A DNA stretch of 14,695 bases, taken from Polyangiaceae bacterium. Its GTDB lineage: Bacteria; Myxococcota_A; Polyangia; Polyangiales; Polyangiaceae. This document shows, piece after piece, positions 6,963 to 14,695 of this stretch (positions within the stretch are counted from its first letter, which is position 1; every line of letters begins with the position of its first letter). Made by a program: the position numbers and the translations under genes. Under the pieces are notes generated by a model. The model ran no database searches and was not told the DNA's origin. It was given only the letters and a program-made list of their open reading frames with translations. Where the stretch lies: positions 1 to 14,695 of the forward strand of contig JAPSGB010000065.1 in the NCBI GenBank assembly GCA_035063585.1, given 5' to 3'.

Positions 6963-9224
6963 GTGGCGAAGAAACAACTCCTCCTGGTCGACGCGGATCC
7001 TCGGAGCGTCCGCGTCCTCGAGGTCAGCCTCAAGAAGGCTGGCTACAGCGTCACTACCGCGGCCGACGGCGCCGACGCGCTCGCCAAGATCGAGTACTCG
7101 ACGCCGGATCTCATCCTCACCGACACGCGCCTCCCGCGCCTCGACGGCTACGAGCTCGTGCGACGCATCAAGGACGCCGGCGAGTTCGCCTCGATCCCGG
7201 TGGTGTTTCTGACGAGCCAGCGCTCCATCGAGGACAAGATCCGCGGGCTCGAGCTCGGCGTGGAGGACTACCTCACCAAGCCCATCTTCGTCCGCGAGCT
7301 CATCGCGCGGGTGAACCTCCTGCTCGCGCGGCGCACGCAGGAGCGCATGGCGACCAGCATGCCGATGTCGGCGCGCACGCGGCTCTCGGGGTCGCTCGCG
7401 GACATGGGCGTGGTCGACATCCTGCAGACCTTCGAGGTGAGCCGGAAGAGCGGCGTCGCGAGCATCACCGACGGCCGTCGAGATGCGCGGATCTACTTCC
7501 GCGACGGCAAGGTGGTCGACGCCGAGCTCGGCCGCCTGCACGGCGAGGAGGCCGTGTACCGGACGCTGGTGTGGAGCGCGGGGGATTTCGAGGTCGAGTT
7601 CCGCCCGGTGCAAAACGAAGACATCATCCCCACCTCCACGCAGGGGCTCCTCATGGAGGGCATGCGGCGGCTCGACGAGTGGGGACGCCTGCTCGAGCAG
7701 CTCCCGCCGCTAGCCACCATCTTCGAGATCGACCACGAGCAGCTCGTCGAGCGCTTGAACGAGATCCCCGACGAGCTGAACGGGATCCTTCGGCTGTTCG
7801 ACGGGAAGCGCTCGCTCCTCGAGGTGGTGGACGAGTCGCCGTTCGAGGATCTGTCGACGCTCTCCACGGTGACCAAGCTCTTCTTCGAGGGCCTGCTCGT
7901 GGTGAGTGAGGCGTCGCCGCCGGTCGCCGAGGGCCACGAGCACGACGAGGTGGTGCCGAGCATCGAGCCGCCCGACGCCGCGCCGCGCTCGCAAGACACC
8001 GCCGACGAGATCGTCCCGGGTGGTCAGACGGGCAGCGAGCCGAAGCTCTCCGCCGCGGCGCCCGCGCCGGCTCGCGTCGAGCCTGCGCCCGCGTCGTGGC
8101 GCCCGAACGCTCCGCTCTTGAGCCCGGCCGGCACCGTGACGCTCCCCGGGATCGCGGCGGTGCGGCTCACCGCGGAGGGCGAGCCGCCGCGTATCTCCGC
8201 GCCCAGCGTGGACGAGTTCCCCGCGGCGGTCGCCGAGACGCGCGCTGGGGTGCCGGGTTCGCGCCGCGAGGACCGCGAGCCGCTCGTCGACACTCAAATG
8301 AGCCTCGGAGCCTTCGCGCGCGACGCCATGGAGCCGAGCGGCGCGTCTCCCTCCACGCTCCCGGACACGCCGGAGGCGCGAGCCGCGGTCGCCATCGCGA
8401 AGAGCGCGTTCGCGAGCGTGCCCCCGACCGCGCGCGAGGTCCCCGGAGGGCGCGTCGCGGGCAAGGTGATCCCGTTCCCCGCGCGCAAGGACGAGGAGGA
8501 GCCGCGCGCGCCCGCGCCTCCCCCCGCGCGCGAGCGTCCCCCGCCCGCGCCCACCGAGGAGCCGCCCGCGACGCGCGCCGAGCCCTTCGCGCGCGCCGGC
8601 TCCGAGCGGCCGCCGCGAGGCGGTCCACCGGCGGGCGAGCCGGAGGAGCACCATGACTTCTTCGCGGAAGGCGAGGAGGGCCGGTACGAGGGCGGGCCCG
8701 CGGTCCTCGAGCCGCCGGAGCCGGATCCGCTCGAGCTGCCGGGGCTCCGCGTACCGCGCACCGAGGAGCAGGAGCGCCGCCGGGCGCGCAACATGCGCGT
8801 GGTCGCGGCGATCATCGGCTTCCTCGTGGCGGTGGCGCTCGTCGCGTTCGTGATGAGAAAGAGCCCGAGCGAAGAAGCAGCGAAGTCGCCGGAGCCGGGT
8901 CCGACGCGGGCCACCGTGGTGACGGCGCCCACCGGGACCGAGCCCGCCGCGCCGCCGAAGCTGCCCGAGCCGGCGACGACCGCCCCGGCTGCGCCGGAGC
9001 CTGCGGAAGCCGTGAGCGCGGCCCCGGCCGAACCCGCGCCGGAGCCTGCGAAGCCCGCGCCAGAGCCGCCGAGGCCCGCGCCGATCGCGGCGGCGCCCGC
9101 TCCCCGCCCCGCGCCGCGGCCGCGCCCGGTCGTCGAGCCGGCGCCCACGCCGCCGCCGCTGCCAACCGCGCCGCCGACCGCGCCCGCCGGCAAGCCGCCG
9201 ACCGCGTCCTTCCCGGCGCCGTAG
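6963..9224 (+). CDS. Response regulator: REC + DUF4388/PATAN-like domain + Pro-rich linker + TM + Pro-rich tail
   Basis: REC motifs [14 protein letters not shown] (phosphoacceptor), LPRLDG, VFLTS and DYLTKP. DUF4388-like block [15 protein letters not shown]......KSG...I.....[11 protein letters not shown]....GEEA...W..G.F.F...[14 protein letters not shown] segment [19 protein letters not shown] at about 8799-8854. Confidence 0.92.
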   Translation: MAKKQLLLVDADPRSVRVLEVSLKKAGYSVTTAADGADALAKIEYSTPDLILTDTRLPRLDGYELVRRIKDAGEFASIPVVFLTSQRSIEDKIRGLELGVEDYLTKPIFVRELIARVNLLLARRTQERMATSMPMSARTRLSGSLADMGVVDILQTFEVSRKSGVASITDGRRDARIYFRDGKVVDAELGRLHGEEAVYRTLVWSAGDFEVEFRPVQNEDIIPTSTQGLLMEGMRRLDEWGRLLEQLPPLATIFEIDHEQLVERLNEIPDELNGILRLFDGKRSLLEVVDESPFEDLSTLSTVTKLFFEGLLVVSEASPPVAEGHEHDEVVPSIEPPDAAPRSQDTADEIVPGGQTGSEPKLSAAAPAPARVEPAPASWRPNAPLLSPAGTVTLPGIAAVRLTAEGEPPRISAPSVDEFPAAVAETRAGVPGSRREDREPLVDTQMSLGAFARDAMEPSGASPSTLPDTPEARAAVAIAKSAFASVPPTAREVPGGRVAGKVIPFPARKDEEEPRAPAPPPARERPPPAPTEEPPATRAEPFARAGSERPPRGGPPAGEPEEHHDFFAEGEEGRYEGGPAVLEPPEPDPLELPGLRVPRTEEQERRRARNMRVVAAIIGFLVAVALVAFVMRKSPSEEAAKSPEPGPTRATVVTAPTGTEPAAPPKLPEPATTAPAAPEPAEAVSAAPAEPAPEPAKPAPEPPRPAPIAAAPAPRPAPRPRPVVEPAPTPPPLPTAPPTAPAGKPPTASFPAP

Positions 9225-9229
9225 CGCGC

Positions 9230-10216
9230 TCAGCGCCGCCGCACGCGCGGATCGAGCAGGACGTACGAGAGATCGACGACCAGGTTGGCGAACACGACCA
9301 CGGTCGAGAACAAGATGACGACGCCCATGATGACGGGGCCGTCGTGCTCCACGATGGCGTCCACGCTGAGCGCGCCGATGCCGGGCCAGCGAAAGATCTT
9401 CTCGGTCACGATCGCGCCGCCGACGAGCGTGCCCATCTCGAGTCCGACCACGGTGACGAGCGGCACGAGCGCGTTGCGGAGCGCGTGGCGGACGACCACC
9501 AGCCATTCGCGCTGCCCCTTGGCCCGCGCGGTGCGGATGTAGTCCTGCTTGAGGAGCAGGATCATCTCGTCGCGGACCAGGCGCGTGTAGTACGCCGCGC
9601 CGAAGAGTCCGAGCGTGAGCGCCGGCAAGAAGGCCGCGCGCAGCCGCTCGAGCGCGGTCTCGCCGTAGCCGTCGAGCGGAAAGAGACGGAGCTCTTGCGC
9701 GAGGAAGTACTGGAGCACGAGCCCGGTGAGGAAGGTCGGCGCGCTGATGCCGACCAGGGTGAGCGCCACCGTGCCCCAGTCGAAGACGCCGTGTCGCCGC
9801 ATGGCGGCGACCACCCCGCCGAGCGCGCCGACCGACACCTCGATGGCGAGCGCGAGGAGCCCGAGCAGGAGCGTCGGCGGCAGCGCGCGACCGAGCAGCT
9901 CGACGACCGGCTTGCGCTTGAGGTAGCTGGTGCCGAAGTCGATGCCGACCGGCCCGATCCGGACCGCGGTGTCCGCGCGGGCCTCGGCTCCGAACTTGAC
10001 GAGGCCGCCGAGAAAGCGCGCGTAGCGTGTGGCGAGCGGCCGATCGAGGCCGAGCTGTGCGCGGATGCGGTGCACGTCGGCGGGGCGCGCCTGCGGCCCG
10101 GCGATGACCCGCGCCGGATCCTCCGGCAGGAGGTTATGGATGAGGAAGGTCGCGCTCACGACCGCCCAGATCGTGAAGAGGGCCCAGCCGAGCTTCTTCG
10201 CGATCACCACGACCAC
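9230..10216 (-). CDS. Peptide/nickel ABC transporter permease, DppB/OppB family
   Basis: DPARVIAG, LGLDRPL..RY, DFGTSY, EAA-like DYIRTARAKG...HALRNAL, VTEKIFRWPGIG and C-terminal LDPRVR. The real start may be GTG 10207, which forms a GTGA overlap with the SBP stop. Confidence 0.95.
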   Translation of the reverse strand: MVVVIAKKLGWALFTIWAVVSATFLIHNLLPEDPARVIAGPQARPADVHRIRAQLGLDRPLATRYARFLGGLVKFGAEARADTAVRIGPVGIDFGTSYLKRKPVVELLGRALPPTLLLGLLALAIEVSVGALGGVVAAMRRHGVFDWGTVALTLVGISAPTFLTGLVLQYFLAQELRLFPLDGYGETALERLRAAFLPALTLGLFGAAYYTRLVRDEMILLLKQDYIRTARAKGQREWLVVVRHALRNALVPLVTVVGLEMGTLVGGAIVTEKIFRWPGIGALSVDAIVEHDGPVIMGVVILFSTVVVFANLVVDLSYVLLDPRVRRR

Positions 10217-11928
10217 GAGCGCCTCCCGGTGACCAGCGCGAGGGTGGTCGGCGCGCGCCGCCGCGCCCGCGCGAGGCGCATCTCGCTGCGATCGAGCCAG
10301 GCGCCCCGGAGGTGCTGGGTGAGGATGGGGTTCGGCCGGTAGCCGTGGAGATAGGGCTGCCAGAGCTCGAAGTAGCGGTACGAGTACGCGATCGCCCAGG
10401 GCGCGTCGTCCGCCACGATCTGCTCGGCGCGCCGGTACAGCTCGAGCCGCGCGCTCGCGTCGGTCGAGCCGCGCGCCGTGACGAGCAGGCGGTCGAGCTC
10501 GGGGTTCGAGTAGAACGCGCTATTTTGGCTGTCCTCCGGCTGGATCGAGGCGGTCGTGAGGATGGGCTCGAAAAAGTCGCTCGGATCGGGGTAGTCCGCC
10601 GACCAGCCGACGAACCCCATGCGGACCGTGTTCTCGCGCCCGGTCCGCGCGAGGAAGGTCGGGAACCCGACCACCTGAATCGAGATCCGGATCCCGATGC
10701 GCGCGAGCTGCTGCTGGTAGAGCTCGGCCGCTTGCTGCGCGAACGAGTCGATGATGGCGAGATACTCGATGGTCTCGGGGTAGCCTCCCTTGCCGGTCTC
10801 GGGTTCATACGGGTACCCCGCGAGCCGCATCTCCTCGAGCGCGCGCGAGAGATCGTGGTGTTGGCCGGGATACCCCGGGCTCTCCGGGATGATCGACAGT
10901 GGCACGAGCTTGCGCTGCGGCATCACGGGCCCGCGGCGCACCGAGGCGATCTCTTGGCGATCGATGGCGAAGGCGACCGCGCGGCGGAAGTGCACGTCGT
11001 CGAAGGGCGCCATCCGGGTGTTCATGAAGGTGCCGGCCACCGTCTTCGACGGCTCCCAGCCGCCCATGCCGCGCCAGGCCGCGCTCGAACGATAGAGCAT
11101 CGAGTCCGCGTCGTTGAACTCGCGCATGTAGTCGAGAGCGCCATCCTCGAACTTGAAGCGCTGAGTGTAAGACTGCATCGAGAGAAACCAGTCGACGCCG
11201 TCGAGGTAAGGCTTCCCCTTCTGCCAGTAGCCGTCGAAGCGAGTAAGCTTGATGATTTGCCCGTTGTCGAAGCGCACCACGCGAAACGGGCCCGCGCCGC
11301 AGGGGCGGCTCGAGAAATCGCGCGACCACTTGCGGCCGGCGCTCCGGCACAGCGGCGCGGCGATGGGGAGCGCGAGCTTGTGGAGGAAGGTCGCGTCCGG
11401 CAGGGTGAGCACGAAATCGACCGAGTACTGGCCGCCCACCCGCACGCCGGTGAGCTCCCGAGCCTTGCCGTCGTGGAATGCGTCGTAGCCCTCGATGCGG
11501 TCGTAGAACGAAGGGACGGGGCAGGGGGTGTCGTGATCGAGCGCGCGCTCGAGGCTCCGCTTGACGTCCTCCGCACGGAGCTCGTGGCCGTCTTGCATGA
11601 GCACGCCGCGCCGGAGCGTGAGGGTGTAGCGCCTGCCGTCCGGCGCGACGTCTACGCTCTCGGCGAGCAAGGGGACGAGCTTGCCCTCGTCGTCGTAGCT
11701 CATCAGGGTGTCGTAGATGAGCCCCTCGATGGCGGCCGAGCCGGTGTCGAAGGCGGTCGCCGCGTCGAGCGAGCGGACGTCGCTGAAGAACGCGGTGCGT
11801 AGCACGCCGCCGCGCTCGGGCGGCACCTCGCGGGCCCGGCCGATGGGCGGCTTCACGCCCGGCTTGCAGCCGGAGAGCGCGAGCGCGAGCGCGAGCGCGA
11901 GCTCAGTCCTCACGCGGATCGAGCGCAT
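10204..11928 (-). CDS. ABC transporter substrate-binding lipoprotein, family 5 (DppA/OppA-like)
   Basis: Lipobox LSG-C after an (LA)n hydrophobic stretch. Motifs GGVLR...SLD, IYDTL, PLLAES, YTLTLR.GV...DG, GAGPF, RRAVAFAIDR, GWSADYPDP and YSNPELD. Confidence 0.95.
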   Translation of the reverse strand: MRSIRVRTELALALALALSGCKPGVKPPIGRAREVPPERGGVLRTAFFSDVRSLDAATAFDTGSAAIEGLIYDTLMSYDDEGKLVPLLAESVDVAPDGRRYTLTLRRGVLMQDGHELRAEDVKRSLERALDHDTPCPVPSFYDRIEGYDAFHDGKARELTGVRVGGQYSVDFVLTLPDATFLHKLALPIAAPLCRSAGRKWSRDFSSRPCGAGPFRVVRFDNGQIIKLTRFDGYWQKGKPYLDGVDWFLSMQSYTQRFKFEDGALDYMREFNDADSMLYRSSAAWRGMGGWEPSKTVAGTFMNTRMAPFDDVHFRRAVAFAIDRQEIASVRRGPVMPQRKLVPLSIIPESPGYPGQHHDLSRALEEMRLAGYPYEPETGKGGYPETIEYLAIIDSFAQQAAELYQQQLARIGIRISIQVVGFPTFLARTGRENTVRMGFVGWSADYPDPSDFFEPILTTASIQPEDSQNSAFYSNPELDRLLVTARGSTDASARLELYRRAEQIVADDAPWAIAYSYRYFELWQPYLHGYRPNPILTQHLRGAWLDRSEMRLARARRRAPTTLALVTGRRSWSW

Positions 11929-12766
11929 CGCGCAGCCCCTCTCCCACCAGGTTGAAGCCGATGACCGACAGGAAGATCATGAGTCCCGGCGCGACCACCA
12001 TGCGTGGCGCGACCGTGAGGTAGCGCTGCCCCTCCCCGAGCATGCGCCCCCAGCTCGCGGTGGGTGGCGGCAGGCCGACCTGCAAGTAGGATAGGACGCT
12101 CTCGGCGATGATCATCTGCGCGACCGAAGCGCTCGCGATGACGATGAGCGGCCCGGCGACGTTCGGCAGGATGTGCCGGACGAGGATGCGCCAGGTGCTC
12201 TGCCCGAGCGCGCGCGAGGCCACGATGAAGTCGAGCGAACGCGTCTGGATGGTCTTGCTGCGGATGATGCGCGCGGTGCCGAACCAGCTCGAGAGCCCGA
12301 GCACCAGCAAGATGGTGACGATGCTGGTCTTGCCGACCGCCGCGCCGATCGCCATGACGAGCAGCAGGTACGGGAACGAGAGCCCGACGTCGACCAAGCG
12401 CATGAGCGCGGTGTCGACCGCCGCGGCGCGGGTGGACTCCGCGTAGCCGCTGACGAGCCCCACCGCGCCGCCCACCAGGCTCGCGATCGCGGTCGCGACG
12501 AAGGCGATGAGCAGCGACACGCGCGCCCCGTGCGCGAGCCGACTCAGGAGATCGCGGAAGAGCTGATCGACGCCGAGCCAGTGCGCGGCCGAGCTGCCGC
12601 CGGGGCCGCCGTCCGGGTCGCGCCCGTGGAGGAAATCGCTGAGGTTCGGGTCGTGACCGGAGAGGGTCGGGCCGAGGAGCGCGAACAAGAAGAGCCCGAG
12701 CACCAGCGCGAGCCCGGCGACCGCGCCGGAGTTCTTCCTGAAGCGACGGAGCGCCCGCGGATCCAT
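11903..12766 (-). CDS. Peptide/nickel ABC transporter permease, DppC/OppC family
   Basis: RRFRKN, HWLGVD...RDLLSRL.HGARVSL, FIVASRALG......RHILPN, ESVLSYL..G..PP.ASWG.M and FNLVGEGLRDALDPR. Start is ATG 12766 or GTG 12778. Confidence 0.95.
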   Translation of the reverse strand: MDPRALRRFRKNSGAVAGLALVLGLFLFALLGPTLSGHDPNLSDFLHGRDPDGGPGGSSAAHWLGVDQLFRDLLSRLAHGARVSLLIAFVATAIASLVGGAVGLVSGYAESTRAAAVDTALMRLVDVGLSFPYLLLVMAIGAAVGKTSIVTILLVLGLSSWFGTARIIRSKTIQTRSLDFIVASRALGQSTWRILVRHILPNVAGPLIVIASASVAQMIIAESVLSYLQVGLPPPTASWGRMLGEGQRYLTVAPRMVVAPGLMIFLSVIGFNLVGEGLRDALDPRED

Positions 12767-12779
12767 CGTGAGCCGCACC

Positions 12780-13619
12780 CTAGAACGTCGAGGGGCGCTC
12801 GTCGCGCAGGAAGCGTAAGAGCACGCGCGCGAGGTCGCCCGGGCGCTCCTCTTGCGGCGCGTGCCCGGTGCTCAGGAGCTCGAACCCCGCGCCGCGGATC
12901 TCGCGGGCCAGGCGCTGCCCGAACCCGGCCGGATAGACCCGATCGGCGCGCCCCCACACGACCAGGGTGGGCGCCTTCACCCGCGAGGTCTGCGCCACGA
13001 GCGCGCGCGTGTCCCCGGTGGCGCGCAGGGTGGCGAGCGCCGCGCCACGCGCCGCCGGTTCGCTGAACACGTCGTAGTAGCGATCGATCCGCTGGCTCGG
13101 CACCTCGGCGGCGCGCGACAGCAGCGCCTCGCGCAAGGTCAGCCGAAACAGCCCGCGCCCCCAGAGCTGCTTGAAGGCGAATCCACCGAGCACCGGGAAT
13201 TCCGCGACCCTCCGCGTGAAGTCCGGCGCGGCCGGGTAGCAGAGCGCGTCGACGAGCGCGAGGCGGCTCACCAGCTCGGGGTGCCGCGCGGCGAGCGTGA
13301 GCGCGACGGCGCCGCCGAGCCCGTGCCCGACCAGCGCGGCGCGACCGAGCGCGAGCCCGGCGAACAGATCGGCGATCGTCTCGGTGAAGGCGTCGACCCC
13401 GTAGGGGAAGCGGCTCGGCGGCGGCTTCTCGCTCTCGCCGGAGCCCGGGAGATCCGGCGCTACCAGGCGAAACTCCCCCGCGAGCGCCTCGATGACGCCG
13501 TCCCAGGTCCGATGATCGACGAAGAGCCCGTGCAAGAGCACCACCGGCTCCCCCTCGCCGTCCTCGGTGACGCGCAGCCGGACGCCGCTGGCGGTGACGT
13601 CGCGGTGCAGCGTGGTCAT
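12780..13619 (-). CDS. Alpha/beta-hydrolase fold protein with Gly in place of the catalytic nucleophile
   Basis: PVVLLHG, APDLPGSGES, nucleophile elbow LVGHGLGG, RHPELVSRLALVD, PTLVVWG.AD and GHAPQEERP. Confidence 0.92.
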   Translation of the reverse strand: MTTLHRDVTASGVRLRVTEDGEGEPVVLLHGLFVDHRTWDGVIEALAGEFRLVAPDLPGSGESEKPPPSRFPYGVDAFTETIADLFAGLALGRAALVGHGLGGAVALTLAARHPELVSRLALVDALCYPAAPDFTRRVAEFPVLGGFAFKQLWGRGLFRLTLREALLSRAAEVPSQRIDRYYDVFSEPAARGAALATLRATGDTRALVAQTSRVKAPTLVVWGRADRVYPAGFGQRLAREIRGAGFELLSTGHAPQEERPGDLARVLLRFLRDERPSTF

Positions 13620-13727
13620 CGGAGAGCGAGCCTACCTTTTCCCGGGCCAGGCTGGAAAAGCCATTCCTCCATCCGAGGGGTCGGTCCGGCGCGAAACCGC
13701 GCGGCGCGATCGGCCGATGGGGCCGTC

Positions 13728-14690
13728 GTGGCCGCCATCCTCGCTCCGAAGCCGCGCGCCGAGCGCTACGTCTTGCTCGAGCGGCTGGGCAGCGGGGGCG
13801 CTGGTGAGGCGTGGCGCGCGCGCCGCGAGGGAGGCCTCATCGAGGAGGAGGTGTGCGTCAAGCGCCCGCACGACGCGTTCGGCCCGGCGGGACGCGCGGC
13901 GTTCCTCGAGGAGGCGCGCGTGCTGTCGCGCGTGCGCCACGGCAACGTGGTCGCGCTCATCGACGTGGTCGAGGACCAGGCGGGGAGCCTACTTCTCATC
14001 ATGGAGCTGGTCCGCGGCGCCAATCTCCGCGCGGTCATGTCGAGCGCCGCCGAGCGCGGTGAGCCGCTCTCTCCCGAGGCGGTCGCCGAGGTGGGCGCGG
14101 GCGTGTGCCGCGCGCTCAGCGCCGCGGCGCGCGCGGTGCCGGGAGGCGTCGTGCATCGCGACGTGTCGCCGAGGAACCTGCTCGTCTCGCTGGAAGGCGA
14201 GGTGAAGCTCGCTGATTTCGGCGTCGCGCGCGCCTACGACCGGGCTCGCTGGACGCGCAGCGGGCTCGTCAAGGGCAAGACCGCCTACCTCTCGCCCGAG
14301 CAAGCGCGCGGGGAGCCGCTCGACGCGCGCAGCGATCTCTTCGCGCTCGGGGTCGTGCTCTACGAGCTGCTCGCGGGCGAGCGGCCCTTCGAGCCGCGTG
14401 GCGCCGGGGCGCTCCTCGACGCGCTCACCGAGCGCGCGTACCGGCCGCTCGTGGAGCGCGCCCCCCGCGCCCCGCGCGGCCTCGCCGAGGTGGTCGAGCA
14501 GCTGCTCGCGGCGTCTCGCGAGGCGCGTCCTCCGAGCGCCGAGGCCGCGCTCCGTCTGCTCGGGCGGCACACCGACGCGCGCGGCGCGGCCGAGCTCCGC
14601 CGGGCCGCGCGCGGCGCGGCCTCGCCCGGGCTCGCGCGCGCGCGGAGCCGCGAGCCATCGCTCACCGCGGCCGCCACCCGCCGCCGCTGA
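13728..14690 (+). CDS. Hanks-type Ser/Thr protein kinase, kinase domain only
   Basis: RYVLLERLGSGGAG, VCVKR, FLEEAR, HRDVSPRN, DFG, GKTAYLSPE and DLFALG. The in-frame GTG at 13728 is the most plausible start; the upstream part of the 12852 ORF is antisense to the hydrolase. Confidence 0.88.
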   Translation: MAAILAPKPRAERYVLLERLGSGGAGEAWRARREGGLIEEEVCVKRPHDAFGPAGRAAFLEEARVLSRVRHGNVVALIDVVEDQAGSLLLIMELVRGANLRAVMSSAAERGEPLSPEAVAEVGAGVCRALSAAARAVPGGVVHRDVSPRNLLVSLEGEVKLADFGVARAYDRARWTRSGLVKGKTAYLSPEQARGEPLDARSDLFALGVVLYELLAGERPFEPRGAGALLDALTERAYRPLVERAPRAPRGLAEVVEQLLAASREARPPSAEAALRLLGRHTDARGAAELRRAARGAASPGLARARSREPSLTAAATRRR

Positions 14691-14695
14691 CGCGC

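Noticed and set aside
11875..11902. (GAGCGC)n hexamer repeat as a phase-variation switch
   Set aside because: It is in frame and simply encodes the Leu-Ala signal-peptide core, so slippage would not shift the frame.
9230..12778. Calling the ABC system nikABC because nikR is about 7 kb away
   Set aside because: No NikR-type operator is visible upstream of the operon, and family-5 SBP specificity cannot be read by eye.
12852..13727. N-terminal extension making a 612-aa kinase
   Set aside because: Most of this segment is antisense to the hydrolase gene, and kinase motifs begin only after about 13760.

Overview
Very GC-rich bacterial DNA. The gene content (two Hanks-type Ser/Thr kinases, a REC-DUF4388-type regulator, long Pro/Ala-rich linkers) suggests Myxococcota, probably Polyangia-like; this is an inference. 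From left to right the window holds: a perfect 70-bp tandem repeat made of three hairpins (1-177); an overlapping pair of an 80-aa ORF and a small Pol-beta-type nucleotidyltransferase (possible toxin-antitoxin-like module); a membrane-anchored SPOR protein followed 2 bp later by nikR; an orphan AT-rich palindrome; and a minus-strand alpha-helical hypothetical protein. Next comes a plus-strand signalling cluster of an SPFH/zinc-ribbon protein, a zinc-ribbon membrane Ser/Thr kinase and a REC-DUF4388-TM protein. A minus-strand operon follows, with an alpha/beta-hydrolase that has Gly at the nucleophile position and a peptide/nickel-family ABC importer (permease C, lipoprotein SBP, permease B; no ATPase in the window). 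The window ends with a divergent stand-alone Ser/Thr kinase. Family assignments come from motif recognition by eye; no searches were run.
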